In this document: piece after piece, positions 1-21,787 of the stretch
Layout of the letters: each line of letters opens with the position of its first letter
How positions within the stretch are numbered: the first letter of the stretch is position 1
Origin: Blastocystis sp. Blastoise
Taxonomy: Eukaryota; Protista; Bigyra: Opalinata
Direction: 5' to 3'
DNA: 64,000 nt
NCBI GenBank assembly: GCA_039096225.1
Contig: JBBPEB010000013.1
Coordinates: 248,001-312,000, forward strand
Position numbers and translations under genes: made by a program
The notes under the pieces: generated by a model
Database searches by the model: none
What the model was told of the DNA's origin: nothing
Seen by the model: only the letters and a program-made list of their open reading frames with translations

Positions 1-121
1 AGAATGTACTTCTATATCATCTTCTACTGGGATTTCTGAAGAATTATCATTATCATGGATTGAGAGAGGAATAGAATTAGATGAATTCATATCACAATCA
101 TTACGTAAAAGACTTGAAGTT

Positions 122-211
<90 letters not shown>

Positions 212-3200
212 GTATTAGTATTATTAGAATTATTATCATTATTATTATCATTATTATTATTATTATTAGAATTATTATTATCTTCTAAAAGAAGAGGAGT
301 GTTTAAAGAATTTTGTTTTGATCGACAGAAGAGCCAATCAAAGCATGTTCGTTGAGCAGGATCACGTGACATATGTTTCTCATTTATATTGTTATTATCG
401 TTATCTTTATCTTTATTATTATTATTATTATTATTATCCTTATTATTATCCTTATTATTATTATTATTATCACTATTATTATTATTTGAATTAAAATAAT
501 CATGATAAATAAGAGATGGAGATTGATCAGGTAATAAATTCGATTGAATAGAATTATTATTAATAGTATTTAAAGAAGATATATTATTATTATTACTCTT
601 TCCTTCTATAGCGTTCTCTATAGATGAAGGTATAGTATTAATATTAGCACGTTGTTGAATACCATCAAAATCAATATTAGGAGAAGATTGAGGAGGAATA
701 GGATAGAAACTAGATTCTTGATTTGATGTAAGTATATTATAAGTAGAATCATTTAAAGAATAAGAAGAAGAAGAACCATCTAAACGATTTAAATTACTAT
801 TTGTACTTGTAGATAAATGAGATGATAAAAGTATATCTGTAGATGAAATAGAATGATCTGTTATAATATCATGAGAAAGAATAGGGAGAAGTGGAGGAAG
901 AAGATTTGAAGATGTTGAGATAGGTGAAGAAATATTAGGAATAATAGTAATAGCTTTATTATTTCTATTAGGAAGAGGAGGAAGAGGAGGAGGAAGAAGA
1001 GGAGGAAGAGGAGGAAGAGGAGGAAGAGGAGGAGGAGGAGGAAGAGTATTTATATCAACTCCAGTAGCTAGAGGTGGAGGAAGAATAAAAGTATTTTTAT
1101 TAGCATTTTTAGTATCATCAATAATTATATCCTTTGAATTTTTATTGATAATAAGAGTTTGTAAAGAAGACTCAAGAGAAGATTGGCATATAGTTTCTTC
1201 TCCTTTATTATTATTATTGTCAATAGGGGAAGATAAAGAGTCAATAGTTTCGAGTTTAGTATGATTAACAGTATGTATATCTATAGGTACAGAAGAAGAA
1301 GAGGATGAAGAGGATATATATATATTATTAGCTAAAGGTGATGTTGATAGAGTAATAGGAATATAAGAGATATCATGATTATCTAGAGAAGACGGATAAG
1401 ATGTATTTATAATAGCAGAAGGAAAAGAGGGAGAAGTATAACGAGATATCATAGATGAAGTAATAGGACTTCGTGTTAAAGATGAAGGTGACAATCGTAT
1501 ATTCTTAGATATATCATCTATATTCTCTATATTCTTAGATATATCATCTATATTCTCTATATTCTTAGATATATCATCTATATTCTCTATATTCTTAGAT
1601 ATATCATCTATATTCTCTATATTCTTAGATATATCATCTATATTCTCTATATTCTTAGATATATCATCATTATTCTCAGATATATCATCATTATTCTCTA
1701 TATTCTTAGATATATCATCTATATTCTCTATATTCTTAGATATATCATCTATATTCTCTATATTCTCAGATATGTTTTGAGAAGAAGAAGAAACAGGTAT
1801 AGATGTAGATATGTCTTCAAAAGATGGCATAGATACTTTTGTAGAAATCTCTAAAATATTCTGAGAAGATGATGAATTCCCGTTATTATTTCTATCTCCA
1901 TTTTGATCTTCATCAATTGATTCTTCATATTGTAATAATGGTGTTCGAATAGAATTCTTTTCATCCAGATTTTTTGATGAATGTTTAAATAGAGATGAGA
2001 AAGAAGATAAAGGACATTTTTTGGATTTCTCTTCTTCCTTCTCCTTATCATCGTGTATATTTTGTTTTATACTCTTAGCATTATTCATAGAATCATTTTC
2101 ATGTAGAATAATATCTTTTATTCCTTTTGTTTCTTCTCTATCTTTATCTATATCACCTTCACTATTTTTCTTAGCAACCGTTATTTCTTCTTCTTTTTCT
2201 TCTTCTACCTGTATATTTAATGGAGAACCAATCTTTTCAGATATATTCAGCTTTTTCTGATTATCATCTAATAAAATAATATCTTTCTGTTTACTACATG
2301 GCCAACAAGATGATGATATTTGTTGTTTCTCTTTATTTTTAGAAATAACTTCTTCCTCTTGTTTTTCATTCTCTTTAGAAATCACTATTTTATCTTGTTT
2401 TTCTTCTTTTCTCTGCGTATCATCAGATATAACTTGAGGAATAGATGTAGAATGAATATCATCAGGTATATTACCACCTGCTTCGACTTTTATAACATCC
2501 ATGATTCGAAGCTTATTCTAAATATATATATAGTATATTAATTATATATAGAGAAGAATCAATAAAAGATATATAAAGTATATTATTTATATATAGAGAA
2601 GAATCAATAAAAGATGTATATATAGTATATTATTTATATATATAGAATAATCAATAAAGATATATAAAGTATATTATTTATATATATAGAATAATCAATA
2701 AAAGATATATAAAGTATATTAATTATATATATACAATTATCAATAAAGATATATAAAATATGTTAATTATATATATAAAAGAATCAATAAAGATATATAA
2801 AGTATATTAATTATATATACTTTAATAAGACAATAGCATGCTGTTTCCGGTGTTGTAATACCAGCACTACCTGCAATAGCATTCTGTGTTCCCGCGGGAA
2901 TATTACATATAGGTATATAAATTAAGGAGATTTAAAAAGGAATCAAAGAAAATAATATAATTAATACTATAGAGATTATAGAGATGAAACAAGAAAAAAG
3001 GTAGTATTTAATAATAAGTATAATAATAATAGACTGGATTAATAGTAGAATAATATTATAGATAATGATAATATAGTAAAAAGTATCCTAACTAACTATA
3101 TTATAAATATATAAAAGATATGAGTATAAGTAATAGCATAGCAAGCATCTTTTCTCATATAAAGTCCATTAACAAATTGATTGACCATACCATCTCCTGA

Positions 3201-3866
3201 TACAAGAATAACTCCCTCATATTGGGAGGGATCATGCTTTATACCTAAATCACGTGCATGCTCTATATATATATATATTTATAATATTTATATATAATAC
3301 TACAAGTGTATAGAAGAAGAATATATAAAAGAAAATAATAATACTTATAAAAATAAAAAAGTACTCTATATATAAAAATAAACATATTGATAATAATATA
3401 TATATATATACCTCTATAATGAGTGAATTCGACATCAATTTGAAGTCCAGCTATTTGTAGAACTGGTAAAATACGTTCATTAAATATATGTTGAGCAGTA
3501 CCATGTCCCCCGTGGGGATTAATGATTACTTTATAACGTTTCCATCGTTTTAATGCATCTATAGATATATAAATATACATATGTATAGTACATCAAATAT
3601 AATAATAAATTGAATCTAAAAAAATAAAAAATAATTGATAAAAATAATGATTATTATATAAATAGATAATTAATGAAAAAAAAATAACATAAAAATAATA
3701 ATAATTATAAAATATAATAACAATATATAATATATATACTATCTCCTAAATCTACAACAACTCCAGGTCTCTCAACTGACTTTTTACTTTGCATTCGATC
3801 TAGATCTAAAGCCTTCCGAAGTATTAATAACCATTTCTGACAATCAGAATCTACATATATATAAAA

Positions 3867-3897
<31 letters not shown>

Positions 3898-4366
3898 CTT
3901 ACCTGTATTTGTATAAAAACGTAATTTTCTCCATACTCGACTTCTACTATCTATATATATATATTTATATTCAATGAATAAACTATAATATAAACATAAG
4001 CAAATACTTTTTCCTGTTCGTGGAAAGATATGAACTACAAATTGAGACGATTTATTTGAATGAACAGCGATAATATCATCTAAAGCAACCCTATAAAATA
4101 GAAAAGAATAATACATAAATAATCAAAATAATATAAATAAAAAATACTTCCAATCTTTCCAAGATAAAGTAATACCATCAAAGGAAAGTTGTTGCTATAT
4201 TTAGAAAAATAGATTAATGATTCTATTGAACAACATTATATACCTTTTTCGTTCCAAAAATAATCTCTGTTGAAAAGTTTAATTCTGATGAACTGACAAA
4301 ACTAGATTCATCTTGAGAAAAAGAACCTCCATGATGTAAGATATCAGAAAACACATTACCATCCAT
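1..4366 (-). CDS. Sphingosine/ceramide kinase-like protein (PH-like N-terminus, DAGKc domain, long low-complexity insert); 3' end beyond window
   Basis: ATG at 4366. Spliced exons give VIINPHGGHGTA, VILVSGDGMVNQFVNGL and PICNIPAGTQNAIA (DAGKc motifs). Exon 2517-1 appears open to the window edge. Includes an AT-AC intron at 2913-3121. Confidence 0.9.
1497..1772 (-). repeat. Coding 30-bp minisatellite (~9 units) encoding IENIDDISKN
   Basis: Unit attcttagatatatcatctatattctctat repeated, in frame with the kinase exon on the minus strand. Confidence 0.95.
2518..2820. repeat. Intron built of ~7 degenerate ~43-bp tandem units
   Basis: tatatatagagaagaatcaataaaagatatataaagtatatta recurs across the whole intron. 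Confidence 0.85.
2913..3121 (-). other. U12-type (minor spliceosome) AT-AC intron
   Basis: 5' ATATCTTT, branch-site-like TCCTTAAT about 10 nt upstream of the 3' AC. Removal gives in-frame DACYAITYTPICNIPAGT. Confidence 0.88.
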
Positions 4367-5673
4367 TATTTAAAATGAATTGAAACAAGTATTCTAATAT
4401 AAAAACAGTAGATAAATAATATTTTTGTTACAAAATCATTTTCATTTAACAATATTAAAAACCATGGATCTATTTGTTTTTTTAAGTGAAAAATAAAAAT
4501 AGTCGTGTTCAATAAATCAATAATCATGATTACTTGAAAGCAGAAGGGGTTGGATTAAACATTTCCAGTTGGACTGAGTATATTTCTGTACCTCTTCAAT
4601 ACAGAACCTACCCAACAAAGATTTCGTTATCATGAAAACTAATGAAATTTCACTGAATAGAATACAAAAATTCGTGATTATTCATTTTTGTTATTTATTA
4701 TTATTGTGCAATAGTTTATTGAAGGTTCTATAAAGCGTTGATTATAAGTTTTTTGTTATTTTGTTTTATATAAGTCATCTTTAGCCGATGCTATTATTCC
4801 ATGTTCATTGAATAAAAATAATTGGTGCATTTATTATTAGAACCTTGGATTTTGTAAGATACTCCATGGTATTCATAGTTCATATGTTTTATAATAATTT
4901 TGGTATTCAATAATTATGCAATAATTATTGAAGTATACTAATGAGTATTGTTTTACTGCAAGTATGATGAGTTGTGATAAGAGTCTAATATGGTTCTAAG
5001 ACTCGAATATAGATTTAAATGGTATTATATAAATAAGGCAAATGTAGACATATATAAATGGAAATGTATATATATAACTTGAAAAATTATTAAAAATTTT
5101 TTTTGTATATATATTTTTAAAAAAGAATAAAATCAAAACTATGAATAAATAAATTTAATATATATATATATATATCAGAAAAAAGATCAATATATATATA
5201 AGAAAGAAAACAGGTAAGAAAGTGACAAATCAATTATACTATAAACTTCGTCAAACGGACGAATATTATAAATCAATTAAAAGAAAAGATGAATAACAAT
5301 TCATTAAAAGAAATTATTGATCAAAAAAATCAATAAAAAAAAGACAATTATAAAAATAAATTTAAGAATAGAAGCGCAATGGTATATATAAAAAGGATTT
5401 TTATATCCTTTGAAAAACATATAGTATATATATATTTATATTATTAATATATATATATATAAAAGAAATTATGAATTAGTTTTCATTATTTTTACAATAT
5501 TTAGTAATTATTTATAAAAGAAAATCAATATAAAAAGACAATTAAAAATAAAAAAATAAGAATAGAAGCGCAATGGTATATATAAAAAGGATTTTTATAT
5601 CCTTTGAAAAACGTATACTATATATATATATTTATATTATTAATATATATATATATATAAAAGAAATTATGAA

Positions 5674-7425
<1,752 letters not shown>

Positions 7426-8559
7426 CTGACTATTTGTTTGAACACCAAATAAATAATATTTTTCCTAAGATGGCAAAAATTTGAATTAGAAAATAATACT
7501 GCCATAAAAAACCAAATCTGGTTTTATTTTAAATTCTTTAATTCTTTGAAAATTTAAATTTACCGTGATTCTGCTGTCTTTTTTGACTGTAATAATAAAA
7601 ATAATCATATTTTCTTTCACAAAACTTGACACACAAATATATCTTTTCAAACAAACCTGATGGAAGGGAATATTCCACAATATCCTTTATATTTTTTCTA
7701 TTTAGGAATTTGCTAGTAATGTAATGTTCATCTATTAACCATAAATAATGAAATGGAAAGTACTTAAACTGAAAAAAAACTCTTTGTAACCTCAAACTAT
7801 TATTTTTTCTTATTTCTATTCAAAATTTATACATGCTTAACAATAGTATCAAATAGATTTTGTTTTCAAAGTTGTAACTGAAGTAAAAAATCATGAATCT
7901 CTTTTATGATTCTATATTCTTATAATAATATGGAACCTATTTAAAGATAGACTTCATTTTATATACTCAGATTATTCTGAGGTTTTATAAGGAATATGTA
8001 AATGACCAAAACGATACGCTTTTTATAAATGATTACACTTAAGAGTATAATAGCTGAATTAAAAGTATCAGAATGCATTGAGATGACTTTCTATAGTCAT
8101 GTCAGGCTAATCATTTCAAAACAACTCAATAATTTTCAAAAATAAATTTCAATATTTTTTAAAAGATCATATCAATACGTATTTTATCAAGGATTCAATC
8201 AATCCTATGTTCTCACGTATTTTATACATTCATTCATAAATTGAATATATGAAAAAAAAACAAAATAAAAAATAAAAACATTGTTCAACATTAATAATAG
8301 TAGATATATTGAAAAATAAATAAAATGGAAAAAATGTTTAATAAGATACAATTTAATATGTAACACTAGTACAAGATTAAATGGTTTTCATGAAAAAAAT
8401 AAAAAGATAATATATATATATATATAAAGAAATAAAGAGAACCAAAAAGAATTAAAATTTTGCAGATATATTAATGATATATAAATATATTTAAAATTAC
8501 AATTTATTTGTTACATTATGAATATATATTCAATATATAAATATAGAATAGCAATGAGT

Positions 8560-11500
8560 TTAAACTGCAGAAGCATCAGAATTCTTTTGAATAAATAATG
8601 TATGTTCCGCAATAGCAATACCTACTCTATTTACTTTACTCATTATTTGATTCTTATTCTCAATATACATATTAATACCTTCTATTTCTCCTGAACCAAT
8701 ATATTCTCCTTGAATAAGTTCACCCAGTGAGTTCGTATAATAATAACAACCAACAATAAGAGAAGGAGAATATTGAGGTAAATTAATAACACCAGAAGAA
8801 GCTATAGAAACTGTCTTCTTTTCGGATGTTATAACTACTCCTAAGGGTGTAGGAAGAAAATTACCAATGTGAATAGCAAATGTAGGTACCTATATATATA
8901 AATAGGATAATAAATAAATAGGATAATAATAATGAATATAAAAATTGAAATGAAATTGAAATGAAATTAAGTTTAATAAATAATAATAAAAAAACATACT
9001 ATTTGTAATGATTGTTATATATATATATAATATACTTTATTTGAAGTAAGTGAATACATTAAATAAAACCTACTATCGTCTACTCTATATATACTACTCC
9101 AAAATACATTATTCTTCTATATATTAGATAATTATTTATTTTTATAAATAGAATATGAATAGAAAATAATATCACGAAAAGATTATTAATTTTAATATAA
9201 TTATATATATATATAATATACTTCATCTGGATTTGGTGTACTAAGAATATATTGTTCTGTTGAAGGAATAATTGTATTTAAAGGAGATATATGTATATAA
9301 ATAAAACACATACTCTCACCTAATAATGCATTAGAGTAAAATACCTTTATATATATATATATATTCATTAATAAATAATTATATATATATTTAATGAAAT
9401 AATAAAAAATTAAATTATTACAATAAATAGTTTATAATTATTTTATTTAATAAATATATATATATATATAATTAAAGAAAATTCTAATAATTAAATAATA
9501 TATAATAAAACCAATATATATATATATATATATATATACACCAAATGTAGTATTACTCAGCATATAAATAGATAGATGTTTATAAGCATTTTCTTCAGTT
9601 CCTACTCCTCCTTCCCTATATTTATATAATGGATAATTTGAGCTGAAAGAGATAGTATCATATATATAGGAATAGAAGATCATAACAGATAATAGAGAAG
9701 TAGCAGTAGGATTTGAAGACTGTTTATAAGTATTTAAATAAACCATAATTACAGTGTGATCATTCATTCTATAGAATAAATTAAGAATAAAATAGTTATA
9801 TATATATAAGAATTTTTTCAAAGAGTTCTAAGAATACATTATTATAAATATTATTATAAATATTATTATAAATATTATTATAAATATTATTATAAATATT
9901 ATTATAAATATTATTATGAATATTATTATAAATATTATTATAAATATTACTATAAATATTATTATGAATATTATTATAAATATTATTATAAATATTATTA
10001 TGAATATTATTATAAATATTACTATAAATATTATTATGAATATTATTATAAACATAATTATATATATAATTATAAGAATGGTATGACTAAAATCAATAAT
10101 ATCACTATACTTTGTGAATTCAAAAGTACCATATTCTCCCTTATTAATATATTCAATAGGATTACTAAACGATAATTGATTATTCTCATAAGTACCAATA
10201 ACAAAGAATAAAGTGTTATTACTTGTATTTTCATTAGTATAAGTATAATCCATAGAATCACGGTTATTCTTCGAGTCTACAGGTAATACTCCAGGTGTAT
10301 TTACATAAGAAAGAATAAATTTATGACTATTAAAACCTATAGAGAAATATATATATATATAGAACTCTACTAAAAATATCCATGTAACAAATATATTTTA
10401 TATAATGCAAATTATAAACTATAAGTATATATATATACTGGAGATTCCTTTAAAAATAAAATCTTCCGTATATTCTTTTTTTAATAAAATATTAATTTTA
10501 AATTGTTTCTTTCCTTCCATCGGTTCAAGACATCCGATAGCTGCAGTTAAATGATTATTGACTCCTAAATAGGAAATAGCAACACACGTATCATCAAGAG
10601 GAGTAAAATAAGAAACAAAATTAAACTGATCAAAATATTGACCTTCTTCACCTATATATATTATTATTATATATTATTTTATTTGTTTATTATTATATAT
10701 TATATTTTTAATAATTATATATTATATTTTTAATAATTATATATTATATTTTTAATAATTATATATTATATTTTTAATAATTATTATACTAAACTATTTA
10801 AACTAATAAAAAGAAAATATTAATAAAAGAAAAATATATATTTATAAGAAAAAAAACTATTCTAAAATAAGATGTATATACCAAAAATAACTTTAATATT
10901 TTCGTTGTTATCAATATCTACTGTAATAGGTAGAACACAGTTTCCCCCTAGTAGTAATAATACATTTGGTCGAATCGTAATGAGATCGTCCGGATTACGA
11001 CCCGAAGGAAGTGATACCTATATATATATTTATTATTATTTTTATTATTATTATATCATATTATTATTATTATAGAACATTTTAAGATAACACAATTCAT
11101 ATAATAATAATAAAAACCTTTTATTCATAATTTCAATACATTAATAAACAAAAACATTGCAAAGTAAACAAGAATATATATATATACTTCTTTTTCTTTT
11201 CTTATTGTCATATCGTCATTTAAAATAAATACACGAATATATGAATTATATGCAGAAACTAATATATTTGTACCAATATAAGCAACACGTAAATAATTAG
11301 CTTGTACGTGATGATCCATATATACATTTCTATGTAAAGTAAACCCTCCACCTAATTGAAGATTCCCTTGTTTATTCATAGAAACAACAGTACCTATAGG
11401 ATATACATGATCTTCTTCACTAAATGTATAATTCATTACAAACGGAGTTACCCATGGAGGCATAATCTATATATATTGTAATATATACACATAACTCATT

Positions 11501-11921
11501 TATTATTCATATAGAAATAATATTAATATATAATAAATAGAAAACAATATATATATATAATAAGTATTAAAACAATATATAAATAATATAAATAAAAACT
11601 ATATAAAAAACAAGATATATACAAATATATATAATAAATATTAAAACAATACATATATAAATAAAAATAAAAAACTATATAAAAAAACAAATAGTTCAAT
11701 AAATTTTTAACTATAAATACCTTTGGCTTTTTAACTTCTTGAACTGTTAGTGTCATAGACATAGAGACAACAGCTATAATGAAAGCCATTGCTGAAGAAA
11801 TAACACCGAATTGATAGGAAATCTTTTTCCATAAAGTAGTTTTTCGAACTTTAACTCCATTTTCATCTTCATCAATATATTTTTCTGATGATTGTTTATG
11901 AATTAATACTTTCTCACTCAT
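8560..11921 (-). CDS. Unknown type II membrane protein with a beta-rich ectodomain (9 exons)
   Basis: One N-terminal hydrophobic segment (FGVISSAMAFIIAVVSMSMTL). Exons join in frame through GT-AG introns to ...RVGIAIAEHTLFIQKNSDASAV*. Confidence 0.8.
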
Positions 11922-13255
11922 CTTATATGGTTAATCGGTTATTAAGAACTTGTTTTCTACTTAGAAGACTACGATTTATAAACTCAATGAGTTACTGATA
12001 TGAAATACTTGATAACTGAGCAGCTTGAATACTATCTCCTGGAAGAATTCAAGTGTATCTAATGTGTTCATTTTTTTGTTACATCTTTTTCATTTCTATT
12101 CCAAGTCTCTCAGAAAAACCATGAAAATCTCTTCTTTCTTACAGGGAACCTTTTCCACTTTTTATTTTTTTCTAGATTTTTATAGCGCCATTTCTATCTA
12201 ATTATTTTCAAATAAAATACTCCATTGCTATTCATTAGTGGAACAGTCACGTATTCAAAACAATGAAGAATTTCTGTAAATCTATATTTAATGATCATTT
12301 TCTCTTTTTTTTTCTTTTCTTTTCCGTCAATTCTGCTCTGTTCTATATTAAAACATATTCTCCATAGGATGCCATACTATTTCACATATAAATAAGCATC
12401 TTAATATATTTCAAAGTCTCTATATTATTGTAAATGCATCGATAGTCAGTCATATAGTTTTCTGTCTACCTTTAGAATCTCAGCATCTATTCAAATGTGA
12501 TGTTTATAAGAAATAATGTAATTATTCGTTTTTTCTGTAACCTTAAATAGTATAACACGCATTACAATATATATGAGCGTTCATAAGAGTTGTTCTCTAC
12601 TACATAATTACTTTTATTCATTCAAATACTACAACTTTTTTTCTTTCCACTTTTCATTCTCGTATATAAAGTATTTCAATATAATATAATTCATTCATAA
12701 CTCTATTTGTTTATATAACAGAAGAATCATTTTTATATTTAGCTCAGCTTCCAGGATTCATATCAATAAAAAAACTTCAATAACTAGGTATTTTATTTGA
12801 ATGACGTGTCTTCACATGTATCTCATAATACTCTGTCAATTCTACTAAATAAGAATACTCTATACTGTTCTTTGAGTAAAAAAATTGACCACAACAAATA
12901 GAAGTGATGTCACTGTTTATACAGTTTCTAAGGTGCTCATGTTAAAGAATAAGATAGAATTCGGAAAGAAAACTTCATTATTATTGATTATTTCTGAAAA
13001 GTCGGCAGATCATTTTGATTTCTCGTCCTACCGTGGGATCAAATAAGCCAATAGAATCGCTTCAAATGACGTAGGATAGGTTTAAAAACGACGTCTTTAT
13101 GAATTTAAACAAACGTTTAATTATAGATCGAAATACGAACAAATAGAATCATCAGAAGAAGAAATATAAAAAGGAGTTCTTTTCCATTTTTATTTTTACT
13201 TGAATAGTAATAAAATTCATAGATTTTTATAGTTTTTGAATAAATTATTTATAAA

Positions 13256-14352
13256 ATGTCTTCAGGTTATGAAAGTGAAGGCCGTATTGATGCTTCTAAA
13301 GATGAGTTAGAAGGTGAATTTTCTTATCTTCGAGATAATGATTATATCCAAACTGGTTATAGAATGGCTTTAACATTGAAAGAAACATTCTTAAGTATTT
13401 TCCAACTACATAATGAAACTGTAAATATATGGTCACATTTTATTGGTGTAGCTATCTTTTTGTTCTTAATTTTTTATTCATTAACTCCAAAGTATCTAAC
13501 TGCAGGTAATAAAGAATTAAATAAAGCTCCTTTATTAGTATATCATGGACAACATACTCCAGTTATGTTTGTTTATTATCTTGCTGAAGGTAAGAGCGAC
13601 ATATGTGTTATTCCTTCATCTGATGAAGCATCATTATATAAACAATATGGTGATGTCATTGAAAACATGCCAGAATCTTTATTAGATTCTAAAGATAGTG
13701 AGAACATTTTAGCTAACGTCAGACCTTATTTCAATAGTTGGATAACTGGTTCTTATTCTGTTGAAACAGAACGAGAATTTGCAAAGGATAGTCCTAATAT
13801 TATTAATTCTTTCTTAAATAAAATTACTGAGCAAGAGAAGGCATTAGAGAAACGTTCTTCAGACAATACTACAGAAATTGAAATCAATAATGATAAGAAT
13901 CTTATTGATTCTATTACAGAATTAATTGCTTATTTTAATTCTTATACCACTGCTATTAGTCGCAAAGTATCTCGATGGCCTATTGTTGTATTTTTATGTT
14001 CTGCTATTTATTGTTGTGCTTCCAGTGCTATTTATCATGGTTTTTATGTAGTTGATGAGCATGCTTCAAATGTTCTTCAACGAATGGATTATTTAGGTAT
14101 TTCTGTACTTATTAGTGGATCTTATGTACCTATTATTTATTATGCATTCTATTGTGAACCATTCTATATGAAATTATATCTTGGAATTGTATTCTTCTTA
14201 AATCTTGCCAATGTTCTTGTTATGATTACACCCAAATTTAGGTATATATATATATATATTTTATTATTTATATTTTTATTATTATTATTATTATTATTTA
14301 TATTTTTAATATTATTTATATTTTTAATATTATTTATATTATTATTATTATA

Positions 14353-14410
<58 letters not shown>

Positions 14411-14895
14411 TATATATTATATAGAAGTCCTGAGTATCGTCCTGTTCGTTCTGCTTGTTTTGTTGTTGTTGCTTCTTTCGCATGGATACCTCTAGGTCAT
14501 TTATATTTTATTGGTGATTATAATAATCCTATTTTTACTATTGCATTTAAATATATTATGATGATGGCATTTACCTATGTTCTTGGAGCATTCTTATATG
14601 CTAAACGTATTCCTGAACGATGGTTCCCCGGTAAATTCGATTACTTTGTATATTATTATATTTATTTACTATTATATTTATTATTTTATTATATTTATTC
14701 TATTTATTATTAATTATATTAAATATTAATTCAATATTAAATCAAAATAATCAATAGGATTACCCTATAATAATTATATATATATAGTTTGCTAGTCATA
14801 ATTTATTCCATATATGTATTGTATTTGCTGCTTTTTTCCATTATTTAGGTTCTTGGGAGACATATCAGAATAGATTCAATACTCCATGTATATAA
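13256..14895 (+). CDS. PAQR/adiponectin-receptor family (haemolysin-III-like) membrane protein
   Basis: DNDYIQTGYR, HNETVNIWSH, SAIYH, DYLGIS, IPERWFPGKFD, SHNLFH. Introns 14242-14424 and 14648-14787. Confidence 0.95.
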
Positions 14896-15721
14896 ACTAT
14901 TCATATACTCAAATCTAATATATATATATAATCATCTTTATATGATTATTATTTAATTTTTTTCTGTTCAATACACTCTTTTCATTTGTGTTTATTATTG
15001 TATTTCTATGTATATATTCTTATTTATATTCTATCTGTTCTCTACTTAAATGCTGCAAATTGTAACTCTATACTTTAGTTTACAAAAATATTTAATAAAA
15101 CAAAACTATACAACAAAAAAATAGAATTCTTATTCTTATAATATATATTTATAAATGTATATAAAAAAAATGCTTAAAATTTTAAATAAAAAAGAAATAA
15201 CAAAAGATCTGAAAGGACAAATCGTTTTAAAAAATTCTCAGCTCGAATAATTCAATAATATAGTATAGTTTATTAAAGAAAAAATGTAATATATGTAAAA
15301 AAAATAATATATATTTTAAAAAGTTGAATGTAGATATATATACCAAGAAATGAATAAAAAGAATAAAAAAAATAATATATAAGAGAAGAATGAATTCTAG
15401 AAATATATTATTATATATAAATATAAACCTAACACAAATAGAATAGAATAACTTTCTTAGAATGATTAGTTGTTCTTATAAAGTATTGAAAACTATTATA
15501 GAAGAATTGTTAATGAGAAAATATACTAAGGTAATTAAATATTTATATAGATATACTACATATAGTATAAAATAAATAATATAAAATATTTATATATTAA
15601 AAATTATATTTCATAATAAAAATAATGAATACATATATGAAAAAGAAAATAAATATATATTTAAAAAATAAAAATTAAAAATAGAATTCTTATTAAAAAT
15701 TATGGTATATAGAATTATTTG

Positions 15722-15755
<34 letters not shown>

Positions 15756-16760
15756 TATTATAAATCAATACTATATCTTAACGACATTGTACTGACTATA
15801 AAAGATCCAAAAGTATAAAGATTATATATATATATATATAAATTCAAATAGAAATATTATTAAAAAAGCAGGTTTTATGAGATTATAGGATAAATAATAG
15901 TTTTATATATATAATGATATTAATTAATGAATTATATAAAGTATGATATAAAATAATAAATAGACAGAAATTGAGATGGAAGTAAAAAAAAATATTTAAA
16001 TGAAATGAGATGTCTATATTTATGAGTATATCATAATTATTATATAAAATCGAACTTATATATAAAGCCTTACTTGATATAGTATGTATAAATAGAAATA
16101 GAAATATATATAAAATATAATTATAAATATATATAAAATATAATTATAAATATATATAAAATATAATTATAAATATATATATATATAATAACTATAAATA
16201 TATATAAAATATAATTATAAATATATATATATATATATAATAACTATAAATATATATAAAATAATTATTATATATATATATAAATAAATATTAAAATATT
16301 AAAAAGCGAATCAGGAAACTTTATATAAAAAAAAAAGAAAGGAAAACAACAAATTTATTCACATATATGAATATATATATTTATAGAATTCCATTTATAT
16401 ATAAGTTATAGAAATATATAAATACAAATACTATATATATATATATACAGAAAACATAAAAAAAAACAAAGACCAAAAAAAAACGTTATACATAGAATAG
16501 GATATATATAGTATACATAATATATAATATAATATGTATAATATATCTTATAATATATATAAAGAATAATGTAAAAGAACTTAAATTATTAAAAATAATA
16601 AAAAAATTCAATTAACGCATATGAAGTCGACAAATAAATAGAAGAAAGCAATATAAGTTCGCAGGAAAAAAAAGAAAAAGAAAAGAAAATATAAACTATA
16701 TGAAAAATGTAATATAACTAATATATTACAAAAAAAAGCAAAAAAAAATATATTGAAAAG

Positions 16761-16765
<5 letters not shown>

Positions 16766-16850
<85 letters not shown>
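16766..16850. repeat. (TA)n microsatellite
   Basis: About 42 uninterrupted TA units. Confidence 0.95.
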
Positions 16851-16853
<3 letters not shown>

Positions 16854-17106
16854 GGATAATGACATTTAAGATTCGATGCCTAGAAATAAAATATTTATAA
16901 AAAAAATTGTATAAAAAAAATTGATAGATATGTTTTTATATTTAAAAAAAAAATAAAGATATGTCTATAAAAAAGAAATATATGAATATAGTTAGATATA
17001 ATTATAAATTATCAGCAAACAAAGTGAGTTTAAGAAGATTTAATTCAAAAGAATATATATATATTTATATTTATTATATAAAGAGATAGAAATAGAAAGA
17101 AAATAA

Positions 17107-21787
<4,681 letters not shown>

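Noticed and set aside
1497-1772. Regular 30-bp repeats as a CRISPR array
   Set aside because: No unique spacers; head-to-tail coding minisatellite in a eukaryotic exon.
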